Translations under genes and position numbers: made by a program
NCBI GenBank assembly: GCA_964016885.1
Contig: OZ024757.1
Span: 12,958,001-13,022,000 of the forward strand
DNA from: Eledone cirrhosa
Taxonomy: Eukaryota
DNA length: 64,000 nt
Reading direction: 5' to 3'
The notes under the pieces: generated by a model
What the model was told of the DNA's origin: nothing
Databases searched by the model: none
Seen by the model: only the letters and a program-made list of their open reading frames with translations
Part shown: one piece after another, positions 1-13,360 of the stretch
Numbering within the stretch: position 1 is the first letter of the stretch
Layout: every line of letters begins with the position of its first letter

Positions 1-3000
1 TAATACAGAAGTATATATTTCGACTATGAACTCAGATTCATTCTTTTTCGAAAAACCTAAAAAAATTGATTATATAAGGTTTTCGAAAAACCTAAAAATA
101 TCAATATTTGAAATCAGATATAAATATTTATAAAAAAAATTGATTATATAAGGTTTTCGAAAAAAAATTAATATGCGTTTTTCAAATTGCGTTTTTCGAA
201 ATATTAACTTCTGATTTCGAAAACTGATTTTTTTAGGTTTTTCGAAAAAAATTTAATCTGCAAAATTTGAAACCAGAAAGTAGATATTTCGAAAGATTTG
301 TAAAAGCATTAATTTTTTACGTTTTTTTTTAGATTTCGAAAATGCTAACAATCAGAAAAACGTAAAAAGATTAATGCAGAAGTATATATTTCGACTATGA
401 ACTCACATTCATTCTTTTTCGAAAAACCTAAAAAAATTGATTATATAAGGTTTTCGAAAAACCTAAAAAAATCAATATTTGAAATCAGATATAAATATTT
501 CTAAAAGTATAAAAAAATTGATTATATAAAAAAATATTGATTATATAAAAAATATTGATTATATAAAAAAATTATTTTTCGAAAAAAAATTAATATGCGT
601 TATTCAAGTTGCGTTTTTCGAAATATTAACTTCTGATTTCGAAAACTGAATTTTTTAGGTTTTTCGAAAAAAATTTAATCTGCAAAATTTGAAACCAGAA
701 AGTAGATATTTCGAAAGATTTGTAAAAGCATTAATTTTTTACGTTTTTTTTTAGATTTCGAAACATGCAAAATGTAAAAAGATTAATACATAAACATGAA
801 AAATGTAAAAAGATTAATACAGAAGTATATATTTCGACTATGAACTCAGATTCATTCTTTTTCGAAAAACCTAAAAAAATTGATTATATAAGGTTTTCAA
901 AAAACCTAAAAAAATCAATATTTGAAATCAGATATAAATATTTATAAAAAAAATTGATTATATAAGGTTTTCAAAAAAAATTAATATGCGTTTTTCAAAT
1001 TGCGTTTTTCGAAATATTAACTTCTGATTTCGAAAACTTATTTTTTTAGGTTTTTCGAAAAAAATTTAATCTGCAAAATTTGAAACCAGAAAGTAAATAT
1101 TTCGAAAGATTTGTAAAAGCATGTTTTTTTTACGTTTTCGAAACATGCAAAAAATCAGAAAAAGATTAATACAGAAGTATATATTTCGACTATGAACTCA
1201 CATTCATTCTTTTTCGAAAAACCTAAAAAAATCAATATTTGAAATCAGATATAAATATTTATAAAAAAATTGATTATATAAGGTTTTCAAAAAAAATTAA
1301 TATGCGTTTTTCAAATTGCGTTTTTCGAAATATTAACTTCTGATTTCGAAAACTTATTTTTTTAGGTTTTTCGAAAAAAATTTAATCTTCAAAATTTGAA
1401 ACCAGAGAGTTTCGAAAGATTTGTAAAAGCATGTTTTTTTTACGTTTTCGAAACATGCAAAAAATCAGAAAAAGATTAATACAGAAGTATATATTTCGAC
1501 TATGAACTCACATTCATTCTTTTTCGAAAAACCTAAAAAAATTGATTATATAAGGTTTTCGAAAAACCTAAAAAAATCAATATTTGAAATCAGATATAAA
1601 TATTTATAAAAAAATTGATTATATAAGGTTTTCGAAAAACCTAAAAAAATCAATATTTGAAATCAGATATAAATATTTATAAAAAAATTGATTATATAAG
1701 GTTTTCGAAAAAAATTAATATGCGTTTTTCAAATTGCGTTTTTCGAAATATTAACTTCTGATTTCGAAAACTTATTTTTTTAGGTTTTTCGAAAAAAATT
1801 TAATCTGCAAAATTTGAAACCAGAAAGTTTCGAAAGATTTGTAAAAGCATGTTTTTTTTACGTTTTCGAAACATGCAAAAAATCAGAAAAAGATTAATAC
1901 AGAAGTATATATTTCGACTATGAACTCACATTCATTCTTTTTCGAAAAACCTAAAAAAATTGATTATATAAGGTTTTCGAAAAACCTAAAAAAATCAATA
2001 TTTGAAATCAGATATAAATATTTCTAAAAGTATAAAAAAAATTGATTATATAAGGTTTTCGAAAAAAAATTAATATGCGTTTTTCAAATTGCGTTTTTCG
2101 AACTTCTGATTTCGAAAACTGATTTTTTTAGGTTTTTCGAAAAAAATTTAATCTGCAAAATTTGAAACCAGAAAGTAGATATTTCGAAAGATTTGTAAAA
2201 GCATTAATTTTTTACGTTTTTTATTAGATTTCGAAACATGCAAAATGTAAAAAGATTAATACAGAAACATGAAAAATGTAAAAAGATTAATACAGAAGTA
2301 TATATTTCGACTATGAACTCAGATTCATTCTTTTTCGAAAAACCTAAAAAAATTGATTATATAAGGTTTTCGAAAAACCTAAAAAAATTGATTATATAAG
2401 GTTTTCGAAAAACCTAAAAAAATCAATATTTGAAATCAGATATAAATATTTATAAAAAAATTGATTATATAAGGTTTTCAAAAAAAATTAATATGCGTTT
2501 TTCAAATTGCGTTTTTCGAAATATTAACTTCTGATTTCGAAAACTTATTTTTTTAGGTTTTTCGAAAAAAATTTAATCTGCAAAATTTGAAACCAGAAAG
2601 TAAATATTTCGAAAGATTTGTAAAAGCATGTTTTTTTTACGTTTTCGAAACATGCAAAAAATCAGAAAAAGATTAATACAGAAGTATATATTTCGACTAT
2701 GAACTCACATTCATTCTTTTTCGAAAAACCTAAAAAAATCAATATTTGAAATCAGATATAAATATTTATAAAAAAATTGATTATATAAGGTTTTCGAAAA
2801 AAATTAATATGCGTTTTTCAAATTGCGTTTTTCGAAATATTAACTTCTGATTTCGAAAACTTATTTTTTTAGGTTTTTCGAAAAAAATTTAATCTGCAAA
2901 ATTTGAAACCAGAAAGTTTCGAAAAAAAATCAGAAAAAGATTAATACAGAAGTATATATTTCGACTATGAACTCACATTCATTCTTTTTCGAAAAACCTA

Positions 3001-5141
3001 AAAAAATTGATTATATAAGGTTTTCGAAAAACCTAAAAATATCAATATTTGAAATCAGATATAAATATTTATAAAAAAATTGATTATATAAGGTTTTCGA
3101 AAAAAAATTAATATGCGTTTTTCAAATTGCGTTTTTCGAAATATTAACTTCTGATTTCGAAAACTGATTTTTTTAGGTTTTTCGAAAAAAATTTAATCTG
3201 CAAAATTTGAAACCAGAAAGTAGATATTTCGAAAGATTTGTAAAAGCATTAATTTTTTACGTTTTTTTTTAGATTTCGAAAATGCTAACAATCAGAAAAA
3301 CGTAAAAAGATTAATGCAGAAGTATATATTTCGACTATGAACTCACATTCATTCTTTTTCGAAAAACCTAAAAAAATTGATTATATAAGGTTTTCGAAAA
3401 ACCTAAAAAAATCAATATTTGAAATCAGATATAAATATTTCTAAAAGTATAAAAAAATTGATTATATAAAAAAATATTGATTATATAAAAAATATTGATT
3501 ATATAAAAAAATTATTTTTCGAAAAAAAATTAATATGCGTTTTTCAAGTTGCGTTTTTCGAAATATTAACTTCTGATTTCGAAAACTGAATTTTTTAGGT
3601 TTTTCGAAAAAAATTTAATCTGCAAAATTTGAAACCAGAAAGTAGATATTTCGAAAGATTTGTAAAAGCATTAATTTTTTACGTTTTTTTTTAGATTTCG
3701 AAACATGCAAAATGTAAAAAGATTAATACAGAAACATGAAAAATGTAAAAAGATTAATACAGAAGTATATATTTCGACTATGAACTCAGATTCATTCTTT
3801 TTCGAAAAACCTAAAAAAATTGATTATATAAGGTTTTCGAAAAACCTAAAAAAATCAATATTTGAAATCAGATATAAATATTTATAAAAAAATTGATTAT
3901 ATAAGATTTTCAAAAAAAATTAATATGCGTTTTTCAAATTGCGTTTTTCGAAATATTAACTTCTGATTTCGAAAACTTATTTTTTTAGGTTTTTCGAAAA
4001 AAATTTAATCTGCAAAATTTGAAACCAGAAAGTAAATATTTCGAAAGATTTGTAAAAGCATGTTTTTTTTACGTTTTCGAAACATGCAAAAAATCAGAAA
4101 AAGATTAATACAGAAGTATATATTTCGACTATGAACTCACATTCATTCTTTTTCGAAAAACCTAAAAAAATCAATATTTGAAATCAGATATAAATATTTA
4201 TAAAAAAATTGATTATATAAGGTTTTCGAAAAAAATTAATATGCGTTTTTCAAATTGCGTTTTTCGAAATATTAACTTCTGATTTCGAAAACTTATTTTT
4301 TTAGGTTTTTCGAAAAAAATTTAATCTGCAAAATTTGAAACCAGAAAGTTTCGAAAGATTTGTAAAAGCATGTTTTTTTTACGTTTTCGAAACATGCAAA
4401 AAATCAGAAAAAGATTAATACAGAAGTATATATTTCGACTATGAACTCAGATTCATTCTTTTTCGAAAAACCTAAAAAAATTGATTATATAAGGTTTTCG
4501 AAAAACCTAAAAAAATCAATATTTGAAATCAGATATAAATATTTCTAAAAGTATAAAAAAAATTGATTATATAAGGTTTTCGAAAAAAAATTAATATGCG
4601 TTTTTCAAATTGCGTTTTTCGAACTTCTGATTTCGAAAACTGATTTTTTTAGGTTTTTCGAAAAAAATTTAATCTGCAAAATTTGAAACCAGAAATTAAA
4701 TATTTCGAAAGATTTGTAAAAGCATGTTTTTTTTACGTTTTCGAAACATGCAAAAAATCAGAAAAAGATTAATACAGAAGTATATATTTCGACTATGAAC
4801 TCACATTCATTCTTTTTCGAAAAACCTAAAAAAATCAATATTTGAAATCAGATATAAATATTTATAAAAAAATTGATTATATAAGGTTTTCGAAAAAAAT
4901 TAATATGCGTTTTTCAAATTGCGTTTTTCGAAATATTAACTTCTGATTTCGAAAACTTATTTTTTTAGGTTTTTCGAAAAAAATTTAATCTGCAAAATTT
5001 GAAACCAGTAAGTTTCGAAAGATTTGTAAAAGCATGTTTTTTTTACGTTTTCGAAACATGCAAAAAATCAGAAAAAGATTAATACAGAAGTATATATTTC
5101 GACTATGAACTCACATTCATTCTTTTTCGAAAAACCTAAAA

Positions 5142-5242
5142 AAATTGATTATATAAGGTTTTCGAAAAACCTAAAAAAAATCAATATTTGATTTCAAATA
5201 TTGATTTTTTTAGGTTTTTCGAAAACCTTATATAATCAATTT
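5142..5242. repeat. 101-bp near-perfect palindrome (50/49-bp arms, 2-nt TT centre)
   Basis: AAATTGATTATATAAGGTTTTCGAAAAACCTA8TCAATATTTGA-TT-TCAAATATTGAT7AGGTTTTTCGAAAACCTTATATAATCAATTT. Confidence 0.95.
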
Positions 5243-6595
5243 ATAAAAAAATTGATTATATAAGGTTTTCGAAAAAAATTAATATGCGTTTTTCAAATTG
5301 CGTTTTTCGAAATATTAACTTCTGATTTTGAAAACTTATTTTTTTAGGTTTTTCGAAAAAAATTTAATCTGCAAAATTTGAAACCAGAAAGTAGATATTT
5401 CGAAAGATTTGTAAAAGCATTAATTTTTTACGTTTTTTTTTAGATTTCGAAACATGCAAAATGTAAAAAGATTAATACAGAAACATGAAAAATGTAAAAA
5501 GATTAATACAGAAGTATATATTTCGACTATGAACTCAGATTCATTCTTTTTCGAAAAACCTAAAAAAATTGATTATATAAGGTTTTCGAAAAACCTAAAA
5601 ATATCAATATTTGAAATCAGATATAAATATTTATAAAAAAATTGATTATATAAGGTTTTCGAAAAAAAATTAATATGCGTTTTTCAAATTGCGTTTTTCG
5701 AAATATTAACTTCTGATTTCGAAAACTGATTTTTTTAGGTTTTTCGAAAAAAATTTAATCTGCAAAATTTGAAACCAGAAAGTAGATATTTCGAAAGATT
5801 TGTAAAAGCATTAATTTTTTACGTTTTTTTTAGATTTCGAAAATGCTAACAATCAGAAAAACGTAAAAAGATTAATGCAGAAGTATATATTTCGACTATG
5901 AACTCACATTCATTCTTTTTCGAAAAACCTAAAAAAATTGATTATATAAGGTTTTCGAAAAACCTAAAAAAATCAATATTTGAAATCAGATATAAATATT
6001 TATAAAAAAATTGATTATATAAGATTTTCAAAAAAAATTAATATGCGTTTTTCAAATTGCGTTTTTCGAAATATTAACTTCTGATTTCGAAAACTTATTT
6101 TTTTAGGTTTTTCGAAAAAAATTTAATCTGCAAAATTTGAAACCAGAAAGTAAATATTTCGAAAGATTTGTAAAAGCATGTTTTTTTTACGTTTTCGAAA
6201 CATGCAAAAAATCAGAAAAAGATTAATACAGAAGTATATATTTCGACTATGAACTCACATTCATTCTTTTTCGAAAAACCTAAAAAAATCAATATTTGAA
6301 ATCAGATATAAATATTTATAAAAAAATTGATTATATAAGGTTTTCGAAAAAAATTAATATGCGTTTTTCAAATTGCGTTTTTCGAAATATTAACTTCTGA
6401 TTTCGAAAACTTATTTTTTTAGGTTTTTCGAAAAAAATTTAATCTGCAAAATTTGAAACCAGTAAGTTTCGAAAGATTTGTAAAAGCATGTTTTTTTTAC
6501 GTTTTCGAAACATGCAAAAAATCAGAAAAAGATTAATACAGAAGTATATATTTCGACTATGAACTCACATTCATTCTTTTTTGAAAAACCTAAAA

Positions 6596-6696
6596 AAATT
6601 GATTATATAAGGTTTTCGAAAAACCTAAAAAAAATCAATATTTGATTTCAAATATTGATTTTTTTAGGTTTTTCGAAAACCTTATATAATTAATTT
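6596..6696. repeat. 101-bp palindrome copy (TAATTAATTT variant)
   Basis: Same as 5142-5242 with one C>T change; offset 1454. Confidence 0.93.
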
Positions 6697-8766
6697 ATAA
6701 AAAAATTGATTATATAAGGTTTTCGAAAAAAATTAATATGCGTTTTTCAAATTGCGTTTTTCGAAATATTAACTTCTGATTTTGAAAACTTATTTTTTTA
6801 GGTTTTTCGAAAAAAATTTAATCTGCAAAATTTGAAACCAGAAAGTAGATATTTCGAAAGATTTGTAAAAGCATTAATTTTTTACGTTTTTTTTTAGATT
6901 TCGAAACATGCAAAATGTAAAAAGATTAATACAGAAACATGAAAAATGTAAAAAGATTAATACAGAAGTATATATTTCGACTATGAACTCAGATTCATTC
7001 TTTTTCGAAAAACCTAAAAAAATTGATTATATAAGGTTTTCGAAAAACCTAAAAATATCAATATTTGAAATCAGATATAAATATTTATAAAAAAATTGAT
7101 TATATAAGGTTTTCGAAAAAAAATTAATATGCGTTTTTCAAATTGCGTTTTTCGAAATATTAACTTCTGATTTCGAAAACTGATTTTTTTAGGTTTTTCG
7201 AAAAAAATTTAATCTGCAAAATTTGAAACCAGAAAGTAGATATTTCGAAAGATTTGTAAAAGCATTAATTTTTTACGTTTTTTTTAGATTTCGAAAATGC
7301 TAACAATCAGAAAAACGTAAAAAGATTAATGCAGAAGTATATATTTCGACTATGAACTCACATTCATTCTTTTTCGAAAAACCTAAAAAAATTGATTATA
7401 TAAGGTTTTCGAAAAACCTAAAAAAATCAATATTTGAAATCAGATATAAATATTTCTAAAAGTATAAAAAAATTGATTATATAAAAAAATATTGATTATA
7501 TAAAAAATATTGATTATATAAAAAAATTATTTTTCGAAAAAAAATTAATATGCGTTTTTCAAGTTGCGTTTTTCGAAATATTAACTTCTGATTTCGAAAA
7601 CTTATTTTTTTAGGTTTTTCGAAAAAAATTTAATCTGCAAAATTTGAAACCAGAAAGTAAATATTTCGAAAGATTTGTAAAAGCATGTTTTTTTTACGTT
7701 TTCGAAACATGCAAAAAATCAGAAAAAGATTAATATAGAAGTATATATTTCGACTATGAACTCACATTCATTCTTTTTCGAAAAACCTAAAAAAATCAAT
7801 ATTTGAAATCAGATATAAATATTTATAAAAAAATTGATTATATAAGGTTTTCGAAAAAAATTAATATGCGTTTTTCAAATTGCGTTTTTCGAAATATTAA
7901 CTTCTGATTTCGAAAACTTATTTTTTTAGGTTTTTCGAAAAAAATTTAATCTGCAAATTTTGAAACCAGAAAGTAGATATTTCGAAAGATTTGTAAAAGC
8001 ATGTTTTTTTTACGTTTTCGAAACATGCAAAAAATCAGAAAAAGATTAATATAGAAGTATATATTTCGACTATGAACTCACATTCATTCTTTTTCGAAAA
8101 ACCTAAAAAAATCAATATTTGAAATCAGATATAAATATTTATAAAAAAATTGATTATATAAGGTTTTCGAAAAAAATTAATATGCGTTTTTCAAATTGCG
8201 TTTTTCGAAATATTAACTTCTGATTTCGAAAACTTATTTTTTTAGGTTTTTCGAAAAAAATTTAATCTTCAAAATTTGAAACCAGAGAGTTTCGAAAGAT
8301 TTGTAAAAGCATGTTTTTTTTACGTTTTCGAAACATGCAAAAAATCAGAAAAAGATTAATACAGAAGTATATATTTCGACTATGAACTCACATTCATTCT
8401 TTTTCGAAAAACCTAAAAAAATTGATTATATAAGGTTTTCGAAAAACCTAAAAAAATCAATATTTGAAATCAGATATAAATATTTATAAAAAAATTGATT
8501 ATATAAAGTTTTCGAAAAAAATTAATATGCGTTTTTCAAATTGCGTTTTTCGAAATATTAACTTCTGATTTCGAAAACTTATTTTTTTAGGTTTTTCGAA
8601 AAAAATTTAATCTGCAAAATTTGAAACCAGAAAGTAGATATTTCGAAAGATTTGTAAAAGCATTAATTTTTTACGTTTTTTTTTAGATTTCGAAACATGC
8701 AAAATGTAAAAAGATTAATACAGAAACATGAAAAATGTAAAAAGATTAATACAGAAGTATATATTT

Positions 8767-11700
8767 CGACTATGAACTCAGATTCATTCTTTTTCGAAAA
8801 ACCTAAAAAAATTGATTATATAAGGTTTTCGAAAAACCTAAAAATATCAATATTTGAAATCAGATATAAATATTTATAAAAAAAATTGATTATATAAGGT
8901 TTTCGAAAAAAAATTAATATGCGTTTTTCAAATTGCGTTTTTCGAAATATTAACTTCTGATTTCGAAAACTGATTTTTTTAGGTTTTTCGAAAAAAATTT
9001 AATCTGCAAAATTTGAAACCAGAAAGTAGATATTTCGAAAGATTTGTAAAAGCATTAATTTTTTACTTTTTTTTAGATTTCGAAAATGCTAACAATCAGA
9101 AAAACGTAAAAAGATTAATGCAGAAGTATATATTTCGACTATGAACTCACATTCATTCTTTTTCGAAAAATCTAAAAAAATTGATATTTGAAATCAGATA
9201 TAAATATTTCTAAAAGTATAAAAAAATTGATTATATAAAAAAATATTGATTATATAAAAAATATTGATTATATAAAAAAATTATTTTTCGAAAAAAAATT
9301 AATATGCGTTATTCAAGTTGCGTTTTTCGAAATATAAACTTCTGATTTCGAAAACTTATTTTTTCAGGTTTTTCGAAAAAAATTTAATCTGCAAAATTTG
9401 AAACCAGAAAGTAAATATTTCGAAAGATTTGTAAAAGCATGTTTTTTTTACGTTTTCGAAACATGCAAAAAATCAGAAAAAGATTAATACAGAAGTATAT
9501 ATTTCGACTATGAACTCACATTCATTCTTTTTCGAAAAACCTAAAAAAATCAATATTTGAAATCAGATATAAATATTTATAAAAAAATTGATTATATAAG
9601 GTTTTCGAAAAAAATTAATATGCGTTTTTCAAATTGCGTTTTTCGAAATATTAACTTCTGATTTCGAAAACTTATTTTTTTAGGTTTTTCGAAAAAAATT
9701 TAATCTGCAAAATTTGAAACCAGAAAGTAGATATTTCGAAAGATTTGTAAAATCATTAATTTTTTACGTTTTTTTTTAGATTTCGAAACATGCAAAATGT
9801 AAAAAGATTAATACAGAAACATGAAAAATGTAAAAAGATTAATACAGAAGTATATATTTCGACTATGAACTCAGATTCATTCTTTTTCGAAAAACCTAAA
9901 AAAATTGATTATATAAGGTTTTCGAAAAACCTAAAAATATCAATATTTGAAATCAGATATAAATATTTATAAAAAAATTGATTATCGAAAAAAAATTAAT
10001 ATGCCTTTTTCAAATTGCGTTTTTCGAAATATTAACTTCTGATTTCGAAAACTGATTTTTTTAGGTTTTTCGAAAAAAATTTAATCTGCAAAATTTGAAA
10101 CCAGAAAGTAGATATTTCGAAAGATTTGTAAAAGCATTAATTTTTTACGTTTTTTTTAGATTTCGAAAATGCTAACAATCAGAAAAACGTAAAAAGATTA
10201 ATGCAGAAGTATATATTTCGACTATGAACTCACATTCATTCTTTTTCGAAAAACCTAAAAAAATCAATATTTGAAATCAGATATAAATATTTATAAAAAA
10301 ATTGATTATATAAGGTTTTCGAAAAAAATTAATATGCGTTTTTCAAATTGCGTTTTTCGAAATATTAACTTCTGATTTCGAAAACTTATTTTTTTAGGTT
10401 TTTCGAAAAAAATTTAATCTGCAAAATTTGAAACCAGAAAGTTTCGAAAGATTTGTAAAAGCATGTTTTTTTTACGTTTTCGAAACATGCAGAAAATCAG
10501 AAAAAGATTAATACAGAAGTATATATTTCGACTATGAACTCACATTCATTCTTTTTCGAAAAACCTAAAAAAATTGATTATATAAGGTTTTCGAAAAACC
10601 TAAAAAAATCAATATTTGAAATCAGATATAAATATTTATAAAAAAATTGATTATATAAGGTTTTCGAAAAAAATTAATATGCGTTTTTCAAATTGCGTTT
10701 TTCGAAATATTAACTTCTGATTTCGAAAACTTATTTTTTTAGGTTTTTCGAAAAAAATTTAATCTGCAAAATTTGAAACCAGAAAGTTTCGAAAGATTTG
10801 TAAAAGCATGTTTTTTTTACGTTTTCGAAACATGCAAAAAATCAGAAAAAGATTAATACAGAAGTATATATTTCGACTATGAACTCACATTCATTCTTTT
10901 TCGAAAAACCTAAAAAAATTGATTATATAAGGTTTTCGAAAAACCTAAAAAAATCAATATTTGAAATCAGATATAAATATTTCTAAAAGTATAAAAAAAA
11001 TTGATTATATAAGGTTTTCGAAAAAAAATTAATATGCGTTTTTCAAATTGCGTTTTTCGAACTTCTGATTTCGAAAACTGATTTTCTTAGGTTTTTCGAA
11101 AAAAATTTAATCTGCAAAATTTGAAACCAGAAAGTAGATATTTCGAAAGATTTGTAAAAGCATTAATTTTTTACGTTTTTTATTAGATTTCGAAACATGC
11201 AAAATGTAAAAAGATTAATACAGAAACATGAAAAATGTAAAAAGATTAATACAGAAGTATATATTTCGACTATGAACTCAGATTCATTCTTTTTCGAAAA
11301 ACCTAAAAAAATTGATTATATAAGGTTTTCGAAAAACCTAAAAAAATCAATATTTGAAATCAGATATAAATATTTATAAAAAAATTGATTATATAAGGTT
11401 TTCAAAAAAAATTAATATGCGTTTTTCAAATTGCGTTTTTCGAAATATTAACTTCTGATTTCGAAAACTTATTTTTTTAGGTTTTTCGAAAAAAATTTAA
11501 TCTGCAAAATTTGAAACCAGAAAGTAAATATTTCGAAAGATTTGTAAAAGCATGTTTTTTTTACGTTTTCGAAACATGCAAAAAATCAGAAAAAGATTAA
11601 TACAGAAGTATATATTTCGACTATGAACTCACATTCATTCTTTTTCGAAAAACCTAAAAAAATCAATATTTGAAATCAGATATAAATATTTATAAAAAAA

Positions 11701-13360
11701 TTGATTATATAAGGTTTTCGAAAAAAATTAATATGCGTTTTTCAAATTGCGTTTTTCGAAATATTAACTTCTGATTTCGAAAACTTATTTTTTTAGGTTT
11801 TTCGAAAAAAATTTAATCTGCAAAATTTGAAACCAGAAAGTTTCGAAAGATTTGTAAAAGCATGTTTTTTTTACGTTTTCGAAACATGCAAAAAATCAGA
11901 AAAAGATTAATACAGAAGTATATATTTCGACTATGAACTCAGATTCATTCTTTTTCGAAAAACCTAAAAAAATTGATTATATAACGTTTTCGAAAAACCT
12001 AAAAAAATCAATATTTGAAATCAGATATAAATATTTCTAAAAGTATAAAAAAAATTGATTATATAAGGTTTTCGAAAAAAAATTAATATGCGTTTTTCAA
12101 ATTGCGTTTTTCGAACTTCTGATTTCGAAAACTTATTTTTTTAGGTTTTTCGAAAAAAATTTAATCTGCAAAATTTGAAACCAGAAAGTAAATATTTCGA
12201 AAGATTTGTAAAAGCATGTTTTTTTTACGTTTTCGAAACATGCAAAAAATCAGAAAAAGATTAATACAGAAGTATATATTTCGACTATGAACTCACATTC
12301 ATTCTTTTTCGAAAAACCTAAAAAAATCAATATTTGAAATCAGATATAAATATTTATAAAAAAATTGATTATATAAGGTTTTCGAAAAAAATTAATATGC
12401 GTTTTTCAAATTGCGTTTTTCGAAATATTAACTTCTGATTTCGAAAACTTATTTTTTTAGGTTTTTCGAAAAAAATTTAATCTTCAAAATTTGAAACCAG
12501 TAAGTTTCGAAAGATTTGTAAAAGCATGTTTTTTTTACGTTTTCGAAACATGCAAAAAATCAGAAAAAGATTAATACAGAAGTATATATTTCGACTATGA
12601 ACTCACATTCATTCTTTTTCGAAAAACCTAAAAAAATTGATTATATAAGGTTTTCGAAAAACCTAAAAAAAATCAATATTTGATTTCAAATATTGATTTT
12701 TTTAGGTTTTTCGAAAACCTTATATAATCAATTTATAAAAAAATTGATTATATAAGGTTTTCGAAAAAAATTAATATGCGTTTTTCAAATTGCGTTTTTC
12801 GAAATATTAACTTCTGATTTCGAAAACTTATTTTTTTAGGTTTTTCGAAAAAAATTTAATCTTCAAAATTTGAAACCAGAGAGTTTCGAAAGATTTGTAA
12901 AAGCATGTTTTTTTTACGTTTTCGAAACATGCAAAAAATCAGAAAAAGATTAATACAGAAGTATATATTTCGACTATGAACTCACATTCATTCTTTTTCG
13001 AAAAACCTAAAAAAATTGATTATATAAGGTTTTCGAAAAACCTAAAAAAATCAATATTTGAAATCAGATATAAATATTTATAAAAAAATTGATTATATAA
13101 GGTTTTCGAAAAAAATTAATATGCGTTTTTCAAATTGCGTTTTTCGAAATATTAACTTCTGATTTCGAAAACTTATTTTTTTAGGTTTTTCGAAAAAAAT
13201 TTAATCTGCAAAATTTGAAACCAGAAAGTAGATATTTCGAAAGATTTGTAAAAGCATTAATTTTTTACGTTTTTTTTTAGATTTCGAAACATGCAAAATG
13301 TAAAAAGATTAATACAGAAACATGAAAAATGTAAAAAGATTAATACAGAAGTATATATTT
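8767..13360 (+). repeat. 13-mer higher-order repeat unit, 4594 bp (reference copy)
   Basis: Anchors at 8767, 9136, 9505, 9860, 10219, 10529, 10874, 11267, 11618, 11928, 12282, 12592, 12971 and 13361 give monomer lengths 369,369,355,359,310,345,393,351,310,354,310,379,390. The ORF track repeats at a constant offset of 4594 (8697/13291, 9790/14384, 11197/15791). Confidence 0.93.
12634..12734. repeat. 101-bp palindrome copy
   Basis: Centre TCAATATTTGATTTCAAATATTGA with full arms. Confidence 0.93.

Noticed and set aside
765-3705. A regular 2940-bp 8-mer HOR
   Set aside because: The offset holds only for about the first 1.3 kb, and later monomers differ in type, so it is a local duplication rather than a sustained period.
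5142-5242. Array-scale inversion, chimeric fold-back read artefact or intrinsic terminator at the palindromes
   Set aside because: Orientation returns to + after 53 bp, and the structure recurs at a fixed HOR position with heritable variants. There is no upstream gene or GC-rich stem.
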